Shown here: positions 40,769-44,765 of the stretch, in pieces | Layout: the number at the start of each line of letters is the position of its first letter | Numbering within the stretch: the stretch's first letter is position 1 | From: a virus | Taxonomy: Duplodnaviria > Heunggongvirae > Uroviricota > Caudoviricetes | Strand: one strand, 5' to 3' | Length of the DNA stretch: 44,765 nt | IMG/VR virus record: IMGVR_UViG_3300020152_000001 | Coordinates: 1 to 44,765 of that record | Made by a program: the position numbers and the translations under genes | The notes under the pieces: generated by a model | What the model saw: only the letters and a program-made list of their open reading frames with translations | Databases searched by the model: none | What the model was told of the DNA's origin: nothing

Positions 40769-41404
40769 TTGGCTTACGCGGTTCAAAATGAAAAACGCCA
40801 GGATGGCCGCTACGCGGCCGTAATCGCGAACGACAACGGCAGGCTCTACGCCGTGGGCTTCGATGATCAAGGCGTCCTCCGCGAAAGCCATCGCCTGATC
40901 ATGCGCCGAGCCCGCAACTGGCGCCGTAGCAGCATGACCGACTACGCCCAGAAGTGCCCGATGAAGGCCGACAACCCCGAGATCATCGCCGTGGCGAAGT
41001 TCATTCGCGACGACCTCGGCGTCCCTGTGATCGTGCCGGCGACCCAGCCGAAGGCCAAGCGCCGCCCGCCGATGAAGGGCATCGCCGCTGAAGCCGTGAT
41101 CGAGGAAGCGTTCGCCGCCGCACGCGAAGCCAGCTTCCGCCAGTGGCTCCGCGACGGCCAGCAGGACATCGGCGCCTGCGGTGGCTACATGCTCAACATC
41201 GACGCCCGCAGCCCCGTGGCCAAACTCCTGCTTGAGCAGAAGCGGGGCTACCGCGCTCACAAGGGCGTCGGCGTCATGTATCCGCGCCACGACGACATCC
41301 GCAGCCAGCACATGGAAATCTGCGTCCAAGCCGGCCGCGCCGCCAAGGCCGTCTTCGAGAAGTACGGCGTCCGCATTCTCGAAGCCCGGAGCTATATCGA
41401 CTGA
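40769..41404 (+). CDS. hypothetical protein containing ANDN
   Basis: TTG start; GACGG motif. Confidence 0.75.
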   Translation: MAYAVQNEKRQDGRYAAVIANDNGRLYAVGFDDQGVLRESHRLIMRRARNWRRSSMTDYAQKCPMKADNPEIIAVAKFIRDDLGVPVIVPATQPKAKRRPPMKGIAAEAVIEEAFAAAREASFRQWLRDGQQDIGACGGYMLNIDARSPVAKLLLEQKRGYRAHKGVGVMYPRHDDIRSQHMEICVQAGRAAKAVFEKYGVRILEARSYID

Positions 41405-41601
41405 TGTACGGCTCCGTCTTCGATACACCCCGCGCTGTCTCGGGCCCGGCATCCGGGCCCTATTACGCCAACGTTCGCACGGTCACCGGCTGGACGAAGA
41501 TGACGCCGTATGAGGTCCGCCGCTATCACGGCCTCTACTCGATCGCCGCACATAATGAGTTCATGAACGAGCACTATCCGACGACGGAACTGCCGCAATG
41601 A
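41404..41601 (+). CDS. hypothetical protein
   Basis: TGATG overlap. Confidence 0.65.
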   Translation: MYGSVFDTPRAVSGPASGPYYANVRTVTGWTKMTPYEVRRYHGLYSIAAHNEFMNEHYPTTELPQ

Positions 41602-41792
41602 ATGCCCTACCTGTAGAACGCGAGATCGACCTCGTTATCACCTCTCGCGACCACACCCACCTCGCCGGCGCCTTCGTTTGGGATAGAACGATTGAGGGCC
41701 GCGAATACTGGAACGCACGCTTCGAAGGACGAGAACCCATCGACGATGAAGTCGTGGCCAAGCTCCAACGCATCAAGCAGGACGGCCGCTAA
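41598..41792 (+). CDS. hypothetical protein
   Basis: ATGA overlap. Confidence 0.65.
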   Translation: MNALPVEREIDLVITSRDHTHLAGAFVWDRTIEGREYWNARFEGREPIDDEVVAKLQRIKQDGR

Positions 41793-42061
41793 TGTCGATG
41801 TCTCCCAAGGATGCGTGGCTCTACGCCGCGAGCTGGGGCAGCTACATACGTGCTGGTGACCCTGGCGCCTGCATGTACGGCTTCAACGAGAACTTCCACG
41901 TGCAGTCGGAAGATCACCGCGCCGCCTGTCTGAAATACATTTCTGACTGCCGGCTCCAAGTCGAAGCCAACCCCGACCACTACGAGCCCGACGAGCTTGA
42001 GCAAATGGATGCCTTCGTGGCCGCGCTGAAGGCGGCTCCGGCGGCGCAGCGTGCGGCATGA
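41792..42061 (+). CDS. hypothetical protein
   Basis: TAATG overlap. Confidence 0.7.
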   Translation: MSMSPKDAWLYAASWGSYIRAGDPGACMYGFNENFHVQSEDHRAACLKYISDCRLQVEANPDHYEPDELEQMDAFVAALKAAPAAQRAA

Positions 42062-42240
42062 AGATGCGCATGACGCTTATCGTCGAGTATGACGCCGATC
42101 CTACTTGGTACGGCAAGGCCGCAGGCAATCCTGAAGCCATGGCCGCCGTCGACAAAAACAACTTCAGCGACCCATTTGAGATCGCTGGATTTCTGGAAAG
42201 CAAAGACTTCGAGGTCAAAGTAGAGGTTCTGCCTGAATGA
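42058..42240 (+). CDS. hypothetical protein
   Basis: ATGA overlap. Confidence 0.65.
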   Translation: MKMRMTLIVEYDADPTWYGKAAGNPEAMAAVDKNNFSDPFEIAGFLESKDFEVKVEVLPE

Positions 42241-42470
42241 CCGACGAGATCGCGATCATCGCCATGAACCTCACAGGCCCGGCCAAGCGCTTCATGCTCT
42301 GGGTCACCGGCAGCAAGCGCGTTGACGGCAAGGCCGTCGCCTGGATCGACCATGGCGAGAGCGAAGAGTGCCTGAACTACGGCCTCGTCACTCGCACAGC
42401 AACTGACGCCTACGCGACCGAACGCGGCGACGAAGTCGGCCGCTATCTCCGCCAGATTGGTTTCAAATAG
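42237..42470 (+). CDS. hypothetical protein
   Basis: ATGA overlap. Confidence 0.65.
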   Translation: MTDEIAIIAMNLTGPAKRFMLWVTGSKRVDGKAVAWIDHGESEECLNYGLVTRTATDAYATERGDEVGRYLRQIGFK

Positions 42471-42478
42471 AGGACTTC

Positions 42479-42676
42479 ATGACTCACGCTCAAGACACCG
42501 CGCCCACTGAAAAAGACCTCGCCGACGCCGTCCGGGAAGCCGCCAAGACCCTGAACCGCGCCGCCGCCAACGCCGCTGCTGCCGACATCGCCGTCGAGTA
42601 CGAGATCGACGACATCCACGTCCACGGTACGCTGACGCATCCGGAAATCCGAGCCAGCGTCTTCAAGCAGCTCTAA
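42479..42676 (+). CDS. hypothetical protein
   Basis: GAGG RBS. Confidence 0.7.
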   Translation: MTHAQDTAPTEKDLADAVREAAKTLNRAAANAAAADIAVEYEIDDIHVHGTLTHPEIRASVFKQL

Positions 42677-42679
42677 TCT

Positions 42680-42728
42680 CGTAAGTCTCGCTTGACAGCG
42701 CTTGCGACCTGAGGTAAGTCTCGCTTAC
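42680..42728 (+). promoter_or_regulatory. promoter with duplicated GTAAGTCTCGCTT, probably leaderless transcript
   Basis: TTGACA-N17-TAAGTC ends 8 nt before ATG; 13-bp repeat at 42681 and 42714. Confidence 0.6.
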
Positions 42729-43481
42729 ATGTCCCGATTTGATTTCATCCCCGAGAACGAGGTCTGGATCGTCGTCGACGTAGAGTCTGACGGCCCAGCC
42801 CCCGGCATCTACTCGATGGTGAGCTTCGGGGCGGTGGTCGTGGCTCCGGGCTTTCAGCAGACCTTCTACGGGAAGACTCGACCGCTCCCCGACGCCAAGT
42901 GGCAGATGGCCGCTCTCGCCGTCAGCGGCTTCACTCGTGGCGAGCACGAAGGCTTCGACGACCCGAAGCACGTGATGATGCAGTTCGATCGGTGGCTGAC
43001 CGAAATTCACGATCGCATCCCCGCGTTCGCCGGTGGCCGGCGTCTCGTTTTCTGGTCGGACAATAATGGCTTCGACTGGCAGTTCATCAATTATTACCTC
43101 CACCGCTTCGTCGACAACAACCCCTTTGGCTACAGCAGCCGGCGCATCGCCGACTACGCTGCTGGTATCGGACTTCGCGGGTGGAAGCATCTCCGCGTCA
43201 CCGATCACACGCACAACCCCGTCGACGACGCCACGGGCAACGCTGAAGCGCTGGCGAAGATCATGGAAATGGGTTTGCCGCAGACGCCACGGAAACCCAC
43301 CGCCGCGATCACCGAAATCACCCCCAGCCACAAGAGCGTTGCCGGGCAAGCCAGCGATCTCGAAGTCGCGGCGCAGCTCCTCGATAGCGGCAGCCTCTAT
43401 CCCCTAGAGCTTCGCGCCTTTCGCGTTCGGCAAGCGGCGCGGACCCTCATCGAACTCGCAAAACAAGCAGGTATGAAATGA
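42729..43481 (+). CDS. DEDDh 3'-5' exonuclease
   Basis: VVDVESDG, N.GFDWQFINYY, NPFG, HTHNPVDDA. Confidence 0.88.
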   Translation: MSRFDFIPENEVWIVVDVESDGPAPGIYSMVSFGAVVVAPGFQQTFYGKTRPLPDAKWQMAALAVSGFTRGEHEGFDDPKHVMMQFDRWLTEIHDRIPAFAGGRRLVFWSDNNGFDWQFINYYLHRFVDNNPFGYSSRRIADYAAGIGLRGWKHLRVTDHTHNPVDDATGNAEALAKIMEMGLPQTPRKPTAAITEITPSHKSVAGQASDLEVAAQLLDSGSLYPLELRAFRVRQAARTLIELAKQAGMK

Positions 43482-43789
43482 GATCGACCATGGTCCTGGC
43501 CGCAGCTGCGGCGTTGGCAATGTCCGGCAGGATGATGTGCGAGCCCGGCCTCGGCAAGACCCTCGAACCGCCGGAGCCCGTCGACCCTGAACCCCAACGC
43601 CCACCGAAACGCACGACGCGCGTCGAATACACGGTCGACGCCAACACCGGCACCCAACGCACCCACGCGAGAACGCGGGAGATGCAACGCTACGCGCGTC
43701 AGCAAGCCCGCATCGCCGAAAAACGCGCAGCGCGCGCCGCCAAAGAAGCGGCGGAGAAGGAAAACGATAATGGCGGAAGCGAAGGCTAA
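43478..43789 (+). CDS. hypothetical protein
   Basis: ATGA overlap. Confidence 0.65.
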   Translation: MRSTMVLAAAAALAMSGRMMCEPGLGKTLEPPEPVDPEPQRPPKRTTRVEYTVDANTGTQRTHARTREMQRYARQQARIAEKRAARAAKEAAEKENDNGGSEG

Positions 43790-44027
43790 GCCCAAGAAGC
43801 AGCTCGCCTACGAGCAAGTGCTAACCCTTGTCGAAGTCTCAGTGATCATGCTGACTTCGAAGCCCGGCGACGACATCGCGCGATCGAAACTCGTCGGCGA
43901 GTTTCGCGAGATGCTGCCGCCGAACACCAGCTACCGCGACGAAGACTTTGACCGCGCCGTCAATGAAACCTGTGTCTGCGTCGACAAGGGTCCGAGCGGC
44001 GGCGCCACGTATCGGATGCGTCGATGA
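43770..44027 (+). CDS. hypothetical protein
   Basis: GAAGG RBS; operon position. Confidence 0.7.
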   Translation: MAEAKAKPKKQLAYEQVLTLVEVSVIMLTSKPGDDIARSKLVGEFREMLPPNTSYRDEDFDRAVNETCVCVDKGPSGGATYRMRR

Positions 44028-44200
44028 TCACTTACGAAAGCGCGAAAGAACGCGCCGAAGACATCCACACTCGCGTGCGTGAACTCAACGCCGCGATCGA
44101 CCGCGCGCGGAAGCTTGGCCTGGATGTCAGTCCCAGTGTCAACGAAGAGCACAAGGACGGCCCCATCAACGTCTTCATTCGGTTCATCACCAGCCTCTAA
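44024..44200 (+). CDS. hypothetical protein (58 aa)
   Basis: ATGA and TAATG overlaps; own translation. Confidence 0.6.
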   Translation: MITYESAKERAEDIHTRVRELNAAIDRARKLGLDVSPSVNEEHKDGPINVFIRFITSL

Positions 44201-44765
44201 TGTTCGACATCATCGCCTTCATCACGCAGCTGATCCCGCAGCTTATCGAGAACGTCACCTCCTCCGACGTTGCTCTCGGCATGGCGTCGGCAGCAGTCAT
44301 CGGCTCTCTCGTCTTCCTGCTGCGAGAAATCCCGAACAAGATTTGGCAGTCGGTCAAGTATCACTTCGTCTTGACGATGACGATCTACCACGACGATGCC
44401 TTCTATCGGTACGCGTCTATGTGGTTGTCGCAGCACATGGACCCGCGCCGCAGCCGCAACGTCTCCGTGGGTTCGACTTGGGACGAAGATTCCGAGCGCG
44501 AAGTCCATGCGCTTATACCCGGCCCCGGCCTTCACCTCATCCGCTACAACAAGCGCTTCTGGCTGGTGAACCGAGAAGTCGAGAAGCCCGGCGACAAAGA
44601 CAACTCGTGGCTGATGAAGCGCAACGAGACCCTGACTATCCAGACTTTCGGCCGAGACCAAGCCATCCTCAAAGAGCTGATGGACAAGGCCCTGTCGTCG
44701 TTCGAAGACCGCTCGACGATTCCCGTCTTCTTCTGGAACTCCGGCCGTTTCGAAATGGCCGGCCG
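44200..44765 (+). CDS. BCS1-like membrane AAA+ protein, N-terminal part (truncated by window)
   Basis: Own translation: TM helix, then PGPGLHLIRYNKRFWLVNRE..ETLTIQTFGRDQAILKELMDKA, matching the BCS1_N pattern; ATPase domain not in window. Confidence 0.75.
   Translation, partial: MFDIIAFITQLIPQLIENVTSSDVALGMASAAVIGSLVFLLREIPNKIWQSVKYHFVLTMTIYHDDAFYRYASMWLSQHMDPRRSRNVSVGSTWDEDSEREVHALIPGPGLHLIRYNKRFWLVNREVEKPGDKDNSWLMKRNETLTIQTFGRDQAILKELMDKALSSFEDRSTIPVFFWNSGRFEMAG

Overview
This is a segment of a large tailed dsDNA phage of an alphaproteobacterial host, with a phiCbK-like Caulobacter-phage organisation (inferred from protein families and gene order, no search run). The left half (1-22.4 kb) is mostly on the minus strand. 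In transcription order it holds RuvC-like resolvase, terS, terL, a ~5-6 kb repeat-rich block of small early-type genes (probable long terminal repeat), HNH, portal, a 4.8-kb RNA-dense island, scaffold, major capsid protein, two paralogous decoration proteins and virion genes. The right half (23-44.8 kb) is a plus-strand array of ~60 mostly small hypothetical genes under sigma70-like promoters, including DUF262, PRTase-like, DEDDh exonuclease and a truncated BCS1-like protein. The most striking part is the RNA island (5.0-9.8 kb), invisible in the ORF track. It holds five intact-looking tRNAs and one degenerate one; a complete circularly permuted two-piece tmRNA with no room for pk1 and its own tag (A)ANDNQEFARAA; a ~290-nt RNA with an RNase-P-like P1/P2/P4 core; a ~420-nt triple-pseudoknot RNA (GOLLD-like context); several CCA-ended miniature tRNA-like elements; and a tRNA-Ile nested in frame inside the 5' end of thyA. 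All structures were derived by eye and need covariance-model or experimental confirmation.
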